Shown: positions 13,001 through 25,548 of the stretch, in pieces
Numbering within the stretch: the first letter of the stretch is position 1
Layout of the letters: each line of letters begins with the position of its first letter
Assembly (NCBI GenBank): GCA_964626665.1
Contig: CAZVGK010000012.1
Coordinates: forward strand, 20,912-84,911
Direction of reading: 5' to 3'
Source of the DNA: an uncultured Gemmatimonadota bacterium
GTDB lineage: Bacteria > SM23-81 > DAOVCL01
Length of the DNA: 64,000 nucleotides
The notes under the pieces: model-generated
The model's database searches: none
Told to the model about the DNA's origin: nothing
The model's input: the letters and a program-made list of their open reading frames with translations, nothing else
Position numbers and translations under genes: made by a program

Positions 13001-14494
13001 TTAGGAGAATCGTGGGGAGCTGGTAATTACCCGACGGAAATGGAACCCGTAGATGGAGTAAGTAATAGCCAAGGGGAAAAGCCGCGGCCGCTTCAGAAGA
13101 CACCAGGTGAGAAGCTTCCAGTAGTATTCCCTCCCTTCCCCATCCAAGCCCAGAACCCAGATTGATCTAAAAAATGCTTTGAGGTGGGAAAATTGGAATT
13201 TAAAACCCTTCCCCGAGGAAGGCTTAAACTCCCACAAAAAGGTTTTGATCCTTTCGTAATACCCCTTGTGGGAGTAGATCGTATTCAAAACACTTTTGTA
13301 TCCATCGATGAGCAGTTCACGGTTCATCTTGGGGACAAAATTGAGTGAATAGTCCATATTGTCGCCAGAGATGTCCTGCAATAGGCGGCCTTCCTTTTTC
13401 AGTCTCTGGTAAAGCCTTGTTTCTCGGGGAGCATTGAGCAGACCAACCATTGCCGTAACAATCCCACTTTTCTGAATGAAGTCAATCTGCCGTTGGAATA
13501 TGGAGGGGGAATCGTGGTCGAAGCCGACGATGAACCCTCCCTGTACCTCTAAACCGTAGTTTTGCATTTTTTTTACATCGGCTACCATGTTTCGATTTTT
13601 GTTCTGAAATTTGCCGCATTCGATCAGGCTTTCTTCTTCTGGTGTCTCTATCCCCACAAACACCGTGTTGAATCCGGCTTTCACCATTAACATCATAAGC
13701 TCCTCGTCATCGGAGAGATCTATTGATGCTTCTGTGTTAAAAAAGAAGGGATGGTTTCTCTCTTCCATCCAGTCTATTAGAGCGGGCAGGATCTCTCTCT
13801 TTAACATCCTTTTGTTGCCGATAAAATTGTCATCAACGAAAAATACCCCTTCTCTCCATCCTTGTTCGTATAGAGCATTCAGTTCACCCAAGATCTGATT
13901 TCCCCCCTTAGTCCTTACTTTGTGTCCATTTAAGATGATAATATCACAAAATTCGCAGTTGAAGGGGCAACCCCTTGAATACTGGATGTTCATAGAGGCA
14001 TACTTCTTCATATCTACCAGCTCCCAAAGGGGGGTAGGGGTCTTTTCTATATCGGGGAACTCCTTGGTTGTATAAAGCTTTTTCGGCTTGCCGTTTTTCA
14101 GATCCTCTAAAAATGGGGGGAGGGTGATCTCGGCCTCGTTGAGCACAAAGTGGTCAATATCCCCCCTAAACTCTTCCCATCCAGTGGTAAAGAGAGGCCC
14201 CCCAGCGACCGTTTTCACCCCCAAGTTTTGACACCTGGTAATAATCCTTCTTACCGACTCCTTCTGCACAGACATAGCGCTGATAAAGACATAATCCGCC
14301 CATTTTAGGTCGTTATCGCTTAAGGCAGCAATATTCATATCTATCAACCTCTTCTCCCACTCCGCGGGAAGCAAAGCAGCAACTGTCAAGAGTCCCAAGG
14401 GAGGAAATGAGGCCCTCTTGGAGATAAACTGGAGGGCATGTTTAAAGCTCCAGAAGGTATCAGGATATTTTGGATAAAGCAAAAGTATCTTCAT
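13001..14494 (-). CDS. B12-binding domain radical SAM protein (DUF4070-type C-terminus)
   Basis: FPPLGLLTVAA, SRGCPFNCEFC (CxxxCxxC), FVDDNF, GFIVGFD. Confidence 0.93.
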   Translation of the reverse strand: MKILLLYPKYPDTFWSFKHALQFISKRASFPPLGLLTVAALLPAEWEKRLIDMNIAALSDNDLKWADYVFISAMSVQKESVRRIITRCQNLGVKTVAGGPLFTTGWEEFRGDIDHFVLNEAEITLPPFLEDLKNGKPKKLYTTKEFPDIEKTPTPLWELVDMKKYASMNIQYSRGCPFNCEFCDIIILNGHKVRTKGGNQILGELNALYEQGWREGVFFVDDNFIGNKRMLKREILPALIDWMEERNHPFFFNTEASIDLSDDEELMMLMVKAGFNTVFVGIETPEEESLIECGKFQNKNRNMVADVKKMQNYGLEVQGGFIVGFDHDSPSIFQRQIDFIQKSGIVTAMVGLLNAPRETRLYQRLKKEGRLLQDISGDNMDYSLNFVPKMNRELLIDGYKSVLNTIYSHKGYYERIKTFLWEFKPSSGKGFKFQFSHLKAFFRSIWVLGLDGEGREYYWKLLTWCLLKRPRLFPLAITYSIYGFHFRRVITSSPRFS

Positions 14495-14747
14495 ATTTGA
14501 TCCAATCTATTCATAAAGTTTTCCATGGCTTCGTGTAGCCTTCCCTCTTCTTTTGAATGGGGGTAACCATTAGAGGGGGAAGGGCAAAACCCTGGGCAGA
14601 GCGGGGGGGCTGACCGCTTAACCAATTCTCCGTTGAAATTTGAGATGGCCACCCCCTTTAAAGATATGTCCCCTTTATCCCTGCTTTGCCCAGGAAAAGA
14701 GGACTGCCTTAAATTACACCTATTCCCCACCCTTGTCAAGTCATTTC

Positions 14748-15716
14748 TCATTCTAAATCGCTCTCCCGGTATCCTCCCACCTCACTCTGCCGCTCGATCT
14801 CCTCAGTCAGCCTCTGCCTAAAAAGCATAGCCGAATCGTGGCCATACATCCTCAGAATGTGGTTCATCGCCACCACCTCAGATATAACCGTTATGTTCTT
14901 ACCAGGGGATATGGGTATGGTCACCAGGGGGATCCTCACCCCCAATATGGTGGTATAGTTCTCCTCCAAACCCAACCTCTCATACTCCCCCTCCTCCTCG
15001 TTCCAGTAAACAAGCCGCGCCTCCACCTCAATCCTCTTCTGTGCCCTTATAGCCCTGATGCCAAACAATTTCTCGATGTCGATTATCCCTACCCCCCTTA
15101 TCTCCATCCGATGGCCTAAAAGCTTCCCCCCCCTTCCTACTACTACGCCGGGGGCGATTTTGGCTATCTTTATCACATCATCGGCCACTAAACGATGCCC
15201 CCTCTCCACCAGATCCAGGGCGCACTCACTCTTGCCTATCCCGCTCTTACCTGTATAGAGAATGCCCACCCCATAGACATCCACCAGCGTCCCATGGATG
15301 GTGGTATGAGGGGCAAAAAGGTGGTCAAGCCAGAAGGTGACCTTCTGCACAAACTCAGCAGTAGAGAGGCTGGTCCCTAAAATGGGGATCTTGTGTTTGT
15401 TGGCCACCTCCAGCAGAACCGGAGGAGGCTCAAACCCCTTGGTGAGGACAAGGCAGGGAAGATCTGTGGCAAACATCCTCTCCAAAACGGCTTTTGTCTC
15501 CTCTGGCGGTTTGCGTCTGAGGTAAATTAACTCCGTCTCTCCCAGGACCTGCACCCTGTTCTGGGGAAACCTCTCCGTAAATCCAGCCAAAGCCAACCCC
15601 GGACGGTGGATACCACTGGAGACCAACTTCCTCTTCAGACCTATTGGACCGTTGAGGAGGTAGAGACCTAAGAGTTTCCTCCTCTTGTAGAGGTCCTCTA
15701 CGGTGAAGTCCTCCAT
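14748..15716 (-). CDS. hprK: HPr(Ser) kinase/phosphorylase
   Basis: HRPGLALAGF, GKSGIGKSECALDLVERGHRLVADD, EIRGVGII, PGKN. Confidence 0.97.
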   Translation of the reverse strand: MEDFTVEDLYKRRKLLGLYLLNGPIGLKRKLVSSGIHRPGLALAGFTERFPQNRVQVLGETELIYLRRKPPEETKAVLERMFATDLPCLVLTKGFEPPPVLLEVANKHKIPILGTSLSTAEFVQKVTFWLDHLFAPHTTIHGTLVDVYGVGILYTGKSGIGKSECALDLVERGHRLVADDVIKIAKIAPGVVVGRGGKLLGHRMEIRGVGIIDIEKLFGIRAIRAQKRIEVEARLVYWNEEEGEYERLGLEENYTTILGVRIPLVTIPISPGKNITVISEVVAMNHILRMYGHDSAMLFRQRLTEEIERQSEVGGYRESDLE

Positions 15717-16046
15717 TTACTCCTCCGGGGCAGGTCTTTCCTCCATCTTAGGGTTTGATTTATGGTTGCGCAGCTTATCCTTATACCTCTTAATCTGTCT
15801 CTCCATCTTCTCCACTACACCATCTATCGCCAAGTACATATCCTCAGACTCTCCTCTGCTGGCCAAATCGGTCCCCCACACATGGATCACCAACTCGGCA
15901 ATTTGCCGATGCTTCTCTACGGAAAGGATCATATGGCCCCTTATCAGGTGATCGAAATACTTCTTCAGGGTATAAACCCCCTTCTGTGCATAGTCCCTCA
16001 AGGCATCGGTCAGCTCAAAGCGTCGGGCAGTGATCTTGATGTCCAT
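15717..16046 (-). CDS. hpf: Ribosome hibernation promoting factor / RaiA
   Basis: MDIKITARRFELTDALRDY...DMYLAID...ERQIKRYKDKL; downstream of rpoN. Confidence 0.93.
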   Translation of the reverse strand: MDIKITARRFELTDALRDYAQKGVYTLKKYFDHLIRGHMILSVEKHRQIAELVIHVWGTDLASRGESEDMYLAIDGVVEKMERQIKRYKDKLRNHKSNPKMEERPAPEE

Positions 16047-16135
16047 CTCACCCTCCTTTTTATTTCAATATTTCCTTTTACGAAAATGGACGGTCTGTCA
16101 AGAGATACGAAAAAACCCCGGGGAACCTGAAGCCC

Positions 16136-17533
16136 TCATCCACCGGCCTTCATCCTGAACCTGGCCGGAAGGATCTTCAACTGCTCCCTGTACTTGGCCA
16201 CTGTGCGCCGGGCTAAATTTATCCCCTTTCCCCCCAACTCTGTGGCGATAGCATTGTCGTTGAGGGGATGAGCGGGATCCTCCTCCTCCACCATCTTCTT
16301 GATCAGCTCCAACAGGCTCTGGGTAGAGACTCCCTCCTTAGTCCCCTCTACCTTTCGCCCAAAGAAAGACCTTAACTCAAACATCCCCTGCGGAGTTTGC
16401 ACCCACTTGTCATTGACCACCCGGCTTACCGTGGAAAGATGCACACCTACCTCCTGGGCTACTTCGCTCATAATGAGCGGTTTCAGGGCAGAGACCCCTT
16501 TCTCTAAGAATTCTCGCTGCCTACTCAAAATACTCTTGGCCACATTGAGCATAGTGCTTCTCCTCTGCTGGAGGGCATTCACCAACCAGCGGGCGGCATT
16601 TAACTTATCCTGAACATATTTTTGGGTTTCCTTTGAGGTCTGGCCTGACTTCTGCAAAAGTTCCCTATATTTACGGTTCACCCGCAGCTTGGGAAGATTC
16701 CCATCATTGAGGATTACCTCGTAATCGTCACCCACTTTCTTTACTATGATATCTGGATAGACCGTGGCTGCTGGGGCAGCAAACCCGGCTAAGGCTGGTT
16801 TAGGGGAGAGCCGGGAGATCTTCTCCAAGGCAACCTGCACCTCTTCTGGAGTCACCTGCAACTTCTTTGCCAATTGGGTGGGGGTCTTCCGATCCAAAAG
16901 ATGCAGGTAATCCTCTATTATCTGCTTCACCAGCTCATCCTCCATACCCAATTCCCTCACTTGGATGAGGAGACACTCCCTCAGGTCTCTGGCTCCCACC
17001 CCAATGGGATCAAAGGTCTGAATAATGGAGAGGAGCTTCTGGCATTTTTCCAGGGGCCTATTCAGGATGGCCGCAATACCCTCTATGGGATAGGAGAGGT
17101 ACCCATCACCATCAATATTCCCAATAATGAACTCGCCGATCTCAAACTCCTCCTGGCTGAGATCCTTTAACCTAAGCTGGCCCAGGAGATGACCATAAAG
17201 GGTCTCCTTGTAGACAGGGACCTTAGCCTGCACCTCCTCTTCCGAAGCGCTAAGCTCCTGGGGGCCACTGAAGTCAAAACCCTCCTCCAGGAACTTCTCC
17301 CAATCCACTTCATCCTCGCTGAGTTCAAGTTCCTCCTCAGGTTCCTCCTCTTTGGCTTCCTCAGGAGAGGGTTCCTCCTCCTCTTCTTCCACCTCCTCTA
17401 AGAGGGGGTTGGCAACCAGTTCCTGCCGCAGCACCTGTTCTAACCTGAGGGTGGAGTATTGTAAAAGCTTCAAGGCTTGGATGAACTGGGGGGTAAGTTT
17501 CAAAAGCATTGACGATTCTAAACCAACCTTCAT
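16136..17533 (-). CDS. rpoN: RNA polymerase sigma-54 factor
   Basis: RpoN box ARRTVAKYRE, HLSTVSRV HTH, DPIGVGAR. Confidence 0.97.
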   Translation of the reverse strand: MKVGLESSMLLKLTPQFIQALKLLQYSTLRLEQVLRQELVANPLLEEVEEEEEEPSPEEAKEEEPEEELELSEDEVDWEKFLEEGFDFSGPQELSASEEEVQAKVPVYKETLYGHLLGQLRLKDLSQEEFEIGEFIIGNIDGDGYLSYPIEGIAAILNRPLEKCQKLLSIIQTFDPIGVGARDLRECLLIQVRELGMEDELVKQIIEDYLHLLDRKTPTQLAKKLQVTPEEVQVALEKISRLSPKPALAGFAAPAATVYPDIIVKKVGDDYEVILNDGNLPKLRVNRKYRELLQKSGQTSKETQKYVQDKLNAARWLVNALQQRRSTMLNVAKSILSRQREFLEKGVSALKPLIMSEVAQEVGVHLSTVSRVVNDKWVQTPQGMFELRSFFGRKVEGTKEGVSTQSLLELIKKMVEEEDPAHPLNDNAIATELGGKGINLARRTVAKYREQLKILPARFRMKAGG

Positions 17534-17545
17534 CCCTCCCCCTTT

Positions 17546-18274
17546 CTATTCCAATTTAAACTTCTCACCCAGGTATACCCTCTTGGCCTCAGCATCCTGG
17601 GCTAAACTTTGAGCTGTTCCCGACTTAAGAATCTTTCCTTCAGACATAATATAGGCCCGATCGGTTATTTGTAGGGTCTCCCTCACATTATGATCGGTAA
17701 TGAGTACCCCTATCCCCCTTCCCTTGAGCCGAGAGATTATCCCTTGTATATCCTCTACAGCAATGGGATCAACCCCTAAGAATGGTTCGTCCAAGAGGAT
17801 AAACTTGGGGTCAGTAACCAGGGCCCTGGTTACCTCTACCCTCCTCCGTTCCCCCCCGGAGAGGTTATAGGCCTTGGACTTGGCTAAGGGGGTGAGGCCT
17901 AGCTCCTCCAAGAGAGAGGCTAATCTCCTCTTTCTTTCCTGGGAGGAGATCCTCAATGTCTCCAAGATAGCCAAGATGTTCTCCTCCACGGTGAGCTTAC
18001 GAAAGATGGACGGCTCTTGGGGGAGATAACCTATCCCCAGCCGCGCCCTCTTATACATAGGCAAGGAGGTGATCTCCTCCTCATCTAAGAAGACCTTCCC
18101 CTCATCGGGTCTAATTAGACCCACGATCATATAAAATGTAGTGGTCTTGCCAGCCCCGTTGGGGCCTAAAAGCCCCACCACCTCCTCCCTCTCCATCTCA
18201 ATTGATACCTGGTCAACAACCCTGCGCTTCCGATAGACCTTAACCAAGCCCTCAACCCTCAACCAGCGGCTCAT
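17546..18274 (-). CDS. lptB: LPS export ABC transporter ATP-binding protein
   Basis: [42 protein letters not shown]. Confidence 0.97.
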   Translation of the reverse strand: MSRWLRVEGLVKVYRKRRVVDQVSIEMEREEVVGLLGPNGAGKTTTFYMIVGLIRPDEGKVFLDEEEITSLPMYKRARLGIGYLPQEPSIFRKLTVEENILAILETLRISSQERKRRLASLLEELGLTPLAKSKAYNLSGGERRRVEVTRALVTDPKFILLDEPFLGVDPIAVEDIQGIISRLKGRGIGVLITDHNVRETLQITDRAYIMSEGKILKSGTAQSLAQDAEAKRVYLGEKFKLE

Positions 18275-18801
18275 CGCCCCTCATCTATGTGCAGGCCCTC
18301 TATCCTCCCCTTGATCTTCGCCTTTATCCTTATCTGCTTCAACTCAGGGTCTGCCTCCATCCCTAACCCAGTGACTACATCTCCCCCTCGGCTTATTTTA
18401 ACCAGGGAATCGGTATAAACCCGATTGGCCCGCGCCACCCACCTCAACAAGGTGGTTTCCAACCTCACCCCCTCAGAGGTGACCACCACAACCTTCCCCT
18501 TGGCTTCCATTCTCCCCCCCCAGACCGTTCCCTCCTGCGAAGTAAGGGTGGAGGAGATCTTCCCCTCCTCATCGTAGAATTGAGCTTTTACCCCCTGCAG
18601 GATTTCCTTCTCCTCCTTAAGATATTTGGAGATGCGGTCTGCATAGACAACTGCCGTCCTCTTCCCCTCTGAGGTAAAGATAATGCTTGACCCAACCAGC
18701 ACCTGATCCGGCCCGGGGGAAGAACCCTTTCTCGGGGGCGGCTTCTCCTTCCCACATCCCCAGAGAAGGAGAACAATCATCCAAAGGACCACCCCCCTCA
18801 T
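18271..18801 (-). CDS. lptC: LPS export ABC transporter periplasmic protein LptC (lipoprotein type)
   Basis: Lipobox LWGC, beta-jellyroll-like LptC pattern ([24 protein letters not shown]); adjacent to lptB. Confidence 0.85.
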   Translation of the reverse strand: MRGVVLWMIVLLLWGCGKEKPPPRKGSSPGPDQVLVGSSIIFTSEGKRTAVVYADRISKYLKEEKEILQGVKAQFYDEEGKISSTLTSQEGTVWGGRMEAKGKVVVVTSEGVRLETTLLRWVARANRVYTDSLVKISRGGDVVTGLGMEADPELKQIRIKAKIKGRIEGLHIDEGR

Positions 18802-19679
18802 CCCTCCACCCAGTTCACCCCCATCCAGGCCAAATGGGTGGGGTAACGACGCACAAATCCCTCCAAAATCTCAACCCACCTCCCCACTATGGCCTTCAAG
18901 TCTCCCTGCGGATCAATTGGTTCCCCCACCTCTAACAGATGGTGGCCATCGTCCGTCAGATGGATGAAGAGCGGGAGGAGGGGGGAACCGGCCCTCTGCG
19001 CCAAGAGAAAGGGACCCATAGGGATAAAAGCTAACTTGCCAAACAGGGGAAAGGCCATCCTCCCCACCCCCTTCCCTCCCCTATCGGCTAACAGTCCAAT
19101 CATCTCCCCCCTCTTCAGGGCAAGCAGAAGTGGCTTGGCTCCCTGAGAGATGGAGACATTTCGCTCGCCAACCCCCTTCCTATACCCCACCAGCAACTTA
19201 TCCAACCGGGGATCATACAACTCCCTTCCCACCACGGTAAGTGGATAGCCCTTCCAGGAGAGCCAGGCCCCAATAAGCTCCCAGTTGCCCAGATGTGCGG
19301 TAAGCCCCACCAACCCCCTTCCCCAGCTATATGTTTCTTGAAATTTCTCCCATCCTTTAACCTTTATCAAACCCCGCCCAAAATCTCCGGGGCCGACCAT
19401 TCGGAAGGTATCAGCGGCATTGCGTCCTAAATTATAGAAGACCCCCCTGGCTATCCTCTTCAGCTCTTTTGGCTTAATTCCACCCATCAAGCGGAGCCCC
19501 AGCAGCGTCTTCCTGCGCTGCTTCCCCAAGATAAAGTAGGCCATCCCCCCCAATAGACCACAAAACCACAGGGAAAATTGCCGAGAGGTGGCACTCAGAA
19601 AGCGAATGAGGAGCTTGACCAGCCAATAGATTGTCCAGTTCTTGGCCCTCTTGGTTAGTAGCTTAGAGTAACGGTTCAC
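18798..19679 (-). CDS. Lipid A late acyltransferase (LpxL/HtrB family)
   Basis: TAHLGNWE motif, LLAD, YPTHLAWM; located in the Kdo/LPS cluster. Confidence 0.88.
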   Translation of the reverse strand: MNRYSKLLTKRAKNWTIYWLVKLLIRFLSATSRQFSLWFCGLLGGMAYFILGKQRRKTLLGLRLMGGIKPKELKRIARGVFYNLGRNAADTFRMVGPGDFGRGLIKVKGWEKFQETYSWGRGLVGLTAHLGNWELIGAWLSWKGYPLTVVGRELYDPRLDKLLVGYRKGVGERNVSISQGAKPLLLALKRGEMIGLLADRGGKGVGRMAFPLFGKLAFIPMGPFLLAQRAGSPLLPLFIHLTDDGHHLLEVGEPIDPQGDLKAIVGRWVEILEGFVRRYPTHLAWMGVNWVEG

Positions 19680-19896
19680 AGAGATTAGTGTTCAGTAGTC
19701 AGATTAGCTAAGAATGTAGAATTAAAAATGAAAAGAACCATTGACCTCGCCAACAATAGGGATCAAAAAAGGTTTCCCACACATTTCCCCTCGCTTTCAA
19801 GTGGCTCCTCTGCTCTAACCAAACCACCAATATCCAACCCTGCTATTCATTAAGCTCTTCTCCTTCTGAGCCCTGTTCCCCACCAACTTTTGAGGT

Positions 19897-20853
19897 TCAG
19901 AAAACGCCTGATCTCAAGATGTCATGGAGATGGATTATCCCAATGGGCCTCCTTCCCCCATCGACGACCACCAGAGAGGTTATCCCGTGTTTCTCCATCA
20001 GCCTTAAGGCCTCAGCGGCCAATTTCTCCTTACCAATAGTCTTGGGATCGGTGATCATCACATCCCTCACCTTCAGGCTAAAGATGTCCTTCCTCCTCTC
20101 CAAAAGCCTGCCCAAATCCCCATAGACGAATATACCGCAGAGCTTCCCTTTAGCATCCACTACCGTAGTTACCCCGCGGTTGCCGGTCAAAACCAAGATG
20201 GTCTCCATCATCGGGGTATCCTCAGCAACAATGGGGACCTCTTCCCCTTGCAGCATCAGGTCCTCCACCGTGAGCAGCAGGCGGCGGCCGATACTTCCTC
20301 CGGGATGGAAGTAGGCCAGGTCCTGAGGACCAAAACCCCTCCTCTCTAAGATGGCGATGGCCAAAGCATCCCCCATCACCATAGCAGCAGTGGTGCTGGT
20401 CGTGGGGACGAGATCGTTGGAGCCAGCTTCGCTCTCCACACTGCAGTCCAAGGTGAGATCGCTCTTTTTGGCCAAGAGGGAACTGGGATTGCCGGAGAGG
20501 GAGATGATGGGCACCCCCAACCTGCGGAAAAGGGGAAGGAGCCTGAGGAGCTCATCCGTATCCCCACTCTTGGAGATCATCACCACCACATCGTCCCTTT
20601 GCACCAACCCCAAATCCCCATGGGCCCCTTCGGCGGCGTGGAGAAAGAAGGCCGCTGTCCCAGTGGAGGCCAGGGTGGAGGCGAGCTTCTGGGCCACTAT
20701 GCCCGATTTGCCCATGCCGGTGACGATCACCCTTCCCTTACACCCCATAATGAGCTCGACGGCTCTTTCGAAGCTCTTGTTAACCCCGTTGGAGAGCCTC
20801 TCAATGGCCTCTGCCTCCCGTCTAATCACCTCCTTGGCCCGCTGGATGCTCAT
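19897..20853 (-). CDS. kdsD: Arabinose-5-phosphate isomerase (SIS + CBS)
   Basis: GMGKSG, EGAHGDLG, PTTSTT, FHPGGSIG, CBS pair. Confidence 0.96.
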   Translation of the reverse strand: MSIQRAKEVIRREAEAIERLSNGVNKSFERAVELIMGCKGRVIVTGMGKSGIVAQKLASTLASTGTAAFFLHAAEGAHGDLGLVQRDDVVVMISKSGDTDELLRLLPLFRRLGVPIISLSGNPSSLLAKKSDLTLDCSVESEAGSNDLVPTTSTTAAMVMGDALAIAILERRGFGPQDLAYFHPGGSIGRRLLLTVEDLMLQGEEVPIVAEDTPMMETILVLTGNRGVTTVVDAKGKLCGIFVYGDLGRLLERRKDIFSLKVRDVMITDPKTIGKEKLAAEALRLMEKHGITSLVVVDGGRRPIGIIHLHDILRSGVF

Positions 20854-21347
20854 CGTTTTGCCTCCAGGATGAGTTCCACCAACTCCCTGATTGCCCCCTC
20901 TCCCCCTCGGGCCTTGGTGATGTAGTGAGCCACCCCCTTCACCTCAGGTCGGGCATTAGCCACGGCCACCGCCAGGCCGGCCCTCTCCATAGCTGGCAGG
21001 TCCTGTAGGTCATCGCCCACGGCAGCAACATCCTCACTTTTTAAACCATATCTTTTCCTCAGAGTTTCAAAGATCTCTGCCTTATCTTTCACCCCAAGCC
21101 ATATCTCTTTCACCCCCAAGCCCTCCGCCCTCCTCTGGGTAGCGGCCAACTGCTTGGCCGTCACAAAGGCGATGACAATGCCTGCCTCCTGGGCCCTGAC
21201 GATCCCCTTGCCGTCCTGAATATCAAACCGGGCATACTCCCTCCCCTCCTGATCAACCCATATCCCCCCATCGGTAAGCACTCCATCCACATCAAGGAAG
21301 AGGAGCTTGATTTGCTTAAGCTTGCGCAAGAGGTTAAAGGATCTCAT
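20850..21347 (-). CDS. kdsC: KDO 8-phosphate phosphatase
   Basis: LDVDGVLTDG, GDDLQD, GGEGAIRE. Confidence 0.94.
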   Translation of the reverse strand: MRSFNLLRKLKQIKLLFLDVDGVLTDGGIWVDQEGREYARFDIQDGKGIVRAQEAGIVIAFVTAKQLAATQRRAEGLGVKEIWLGVKDKAEIFETLRKRYGLKSEDVAAVGDDLQDLPAMERAGLAVAVANARPEVKGVAHYITKARGGEGAIRELVELILEAKR

Positions 21348-22167
21348 CCCACCCCCTGGTCATCTCCGCCAACTCCTTGACCTCACGCAGGAGCTTTTCT
21401 AACTCCCCTAGGGGCCACTGCGAGGCCGAGTCGCTGAGGGCCTCCTGGGGTTGGGGATGAACCTCCAAGTAGATGGCCTGGCAACCGGCGGCAACTGCTG
21501 CCCGCAAAAGGGGGGGGACAAACTCTCTCTGGCCCCCGGAGCTCCCCTGCCCGCCTCCGGGAAGCTGCACGCTGTGGGTGCCATCAAAGACTACCGGGTA
21601 ACCTAACTTGCCCATTATGGCCAGGGCTCTCATATCCACCACTAAATTACCGTAACCAAAGAAGGTCCCTCGCTCGGTAAGGAGTATCTGTCCATTCCCC
21701 ACTGACTCCACCTTTGCGGCAATGTAGCCCATATCCTGGGGGGCCATAAACTGCCCCTTCTTTATATTCAGGGGCAACCCAGAACGGGCAGCCTGGAGGA
21801 CAAGCCCTGTCTGCCGACAGAGGAAGGCCGGAATCTGAATGACATCGACCACCTGGGCTGCGGCCTCCACATCGCTAACACAGTGCACATCGGTAAGTAT
21901 GGGGATATCCAACTCCTCCTTTACCTTGGCTAAAATCCTCAACCCCTCCTTTAGGCCTGGTCCGGTGAAGGAGTTGATGCTCAAGCGGTTGGCCTTGGAG
22001 TAGGAAGATTTGAAGATAAAGGGGATATTTAGCCTTTGGGCGATCCCTTTGATCTTGGCTGCGGTCTCCAGGACCATCCCCTCTGACTCGATCACACAGG
22101 GGCCAGCGATCAAGGCCAGGGGTCTACCCGGACCAATGATGATATCTCTTACCTTTACCTCTTTCAT
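21334..22167 (-). CDS. kdsA: KDO 8-phosphate synthase
   Basis: AGPCVIES, KANR, QIPAFLCRQT, KKGQF, FDGTHSVQLPG. Confidence 0.98.
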   Translation of the reverse strand: MKEVKVRDIIIGPGRPLALIAGPCVIESEGMVLETAAKIKGIAQRLNIPFIFKSSYSKANRLSINSFTGPGLKEGLRILAKVKEELDIPILTDVHCVSDVEAAAQVVDVIQIPAFLCRQTGLVLQAARSGLPLNIKKGQFMAPQDMGYIAAKVESVGNGQILLTERGTFFGYGNLVVDMRALAIMGKLGYPVVFDGTHSVQLPGGGQGSSGGQREFVPPLLRAAVAAGCQAIYLEVHPQPQEALSDSASQWPLGELEKLLREVKELAEMTRGWDEIL

Positions 22168-22328
22168 AGTCTTATCGTTTTTTATCAGTCACCACGGGAC
22201 ACCATAGCGCAGCAAAGCCGCAACCAAACAATTCACCGCAAAGTCGCAAAGGACGCAAAGTTTAAAGATTATTAACTATCGTTTTATTTTATCTCTCTCT
22301 TGCTTTTTATTTCCTCTGCGATCACCGA

Positions 22329-22354
22329 GGTGGCAGAACCCCGATTCTGCCACC
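22329..22354. repeat. REP-like palindrome GGTGGCAGAACCCCGATTCTGCCACC
   Basis: Identical to the copies at 26698-26723 and 33621-33646. Confidence 0.85.
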
Positions 22355-22486
22355 CTCCTATTGTTTTCAAATTAGCAAGTTAAAATGAAACCAGAAAATC
22401 CTGAGGTGTGATGTCATTTTCCATTGATAATTGATCATTGTTCATTGATCATTTCTTGTCTGTCCGTGGTTATCAGCGGTGATCAA

Positions 22487-24937
<2,451 letters not shown>

Positions 24938-25025
24938 CCTATACCAAACGGGAGTGATTGTCAATAAAAAAATACGGTGACACCTCACCACCGTATCCAA
25001 ATTGGCATTTTAGGTTAGTTAGCAT

Positions 25026-25313
25026 CTAATCCAAAACCCGGGGGACCTGGAAATACCCCTTCCATTTCTGAGGAGCATTGCGCAAGGCCTCCTCCTGCGG
25101 GAGGGAACCCTGCACCACATCCTCCCTGAAAACATCCTTTGAGGAAGCACCAAGGGATAAAGGCGGAACATCCCTCAGATCGAGCTCATTTAACTGCCCC
25201 ACATACTCCAATATCCTCCCCAACTGGATGGAGTAGCGCTCCTTCTCCTCTGGGGTGAGCTTTAGTCGGGCCAGCCTGGCTATATGTTCCACCTCTTTGA
25301 TCGGCACCCTCAT
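25026..25313 (-). CDS. gatC: Asp/Glu-tRNA amidotransferase subunit C
   Basis: EVEHIARLARL...FREDVV...ALRNAP...YFQVPRV. Confidence 0.95.
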   Translation of the reverse strand: MRVPIKEVEHIARLARLKLTPEEKERYSIQLGRILEYVGQLNELDLRDVPPLSLGASSKDVFREDVVQGSLPQEEALRNAPQKWKGYFQVPRVLD

Positions 25314-25459
25314 CTTCTTAAATTTACCACCTTACCTGCCAAAAAGCAAGGAGTTTTTGCGAGGAAATTTACCCCTCAGATCCCCTTTGCCCATCTTCTA
25401 CCCGGGATTATTCATAAACTGATGATGAATTCACTATTTAAAGGTGCCCCTATTATCCC

Positions 25460-25488
25460 GTAGGGACAGACCTTTAGGTCTGTCCCTA
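25460..25488. repeat. GTAG-type REP palindrome
   Basis: GTAGGGACAGACCTTTAGGTCTGTCCCTA; related doublet at 37535-37592. Confidence 0.75.
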
Positions 25489-25548
25489 AAAGGCGGAACC
25501 CCCGGTGGTTGAAAATAGCCAGGGGGGGTTATAAATGAATAAACCGGC

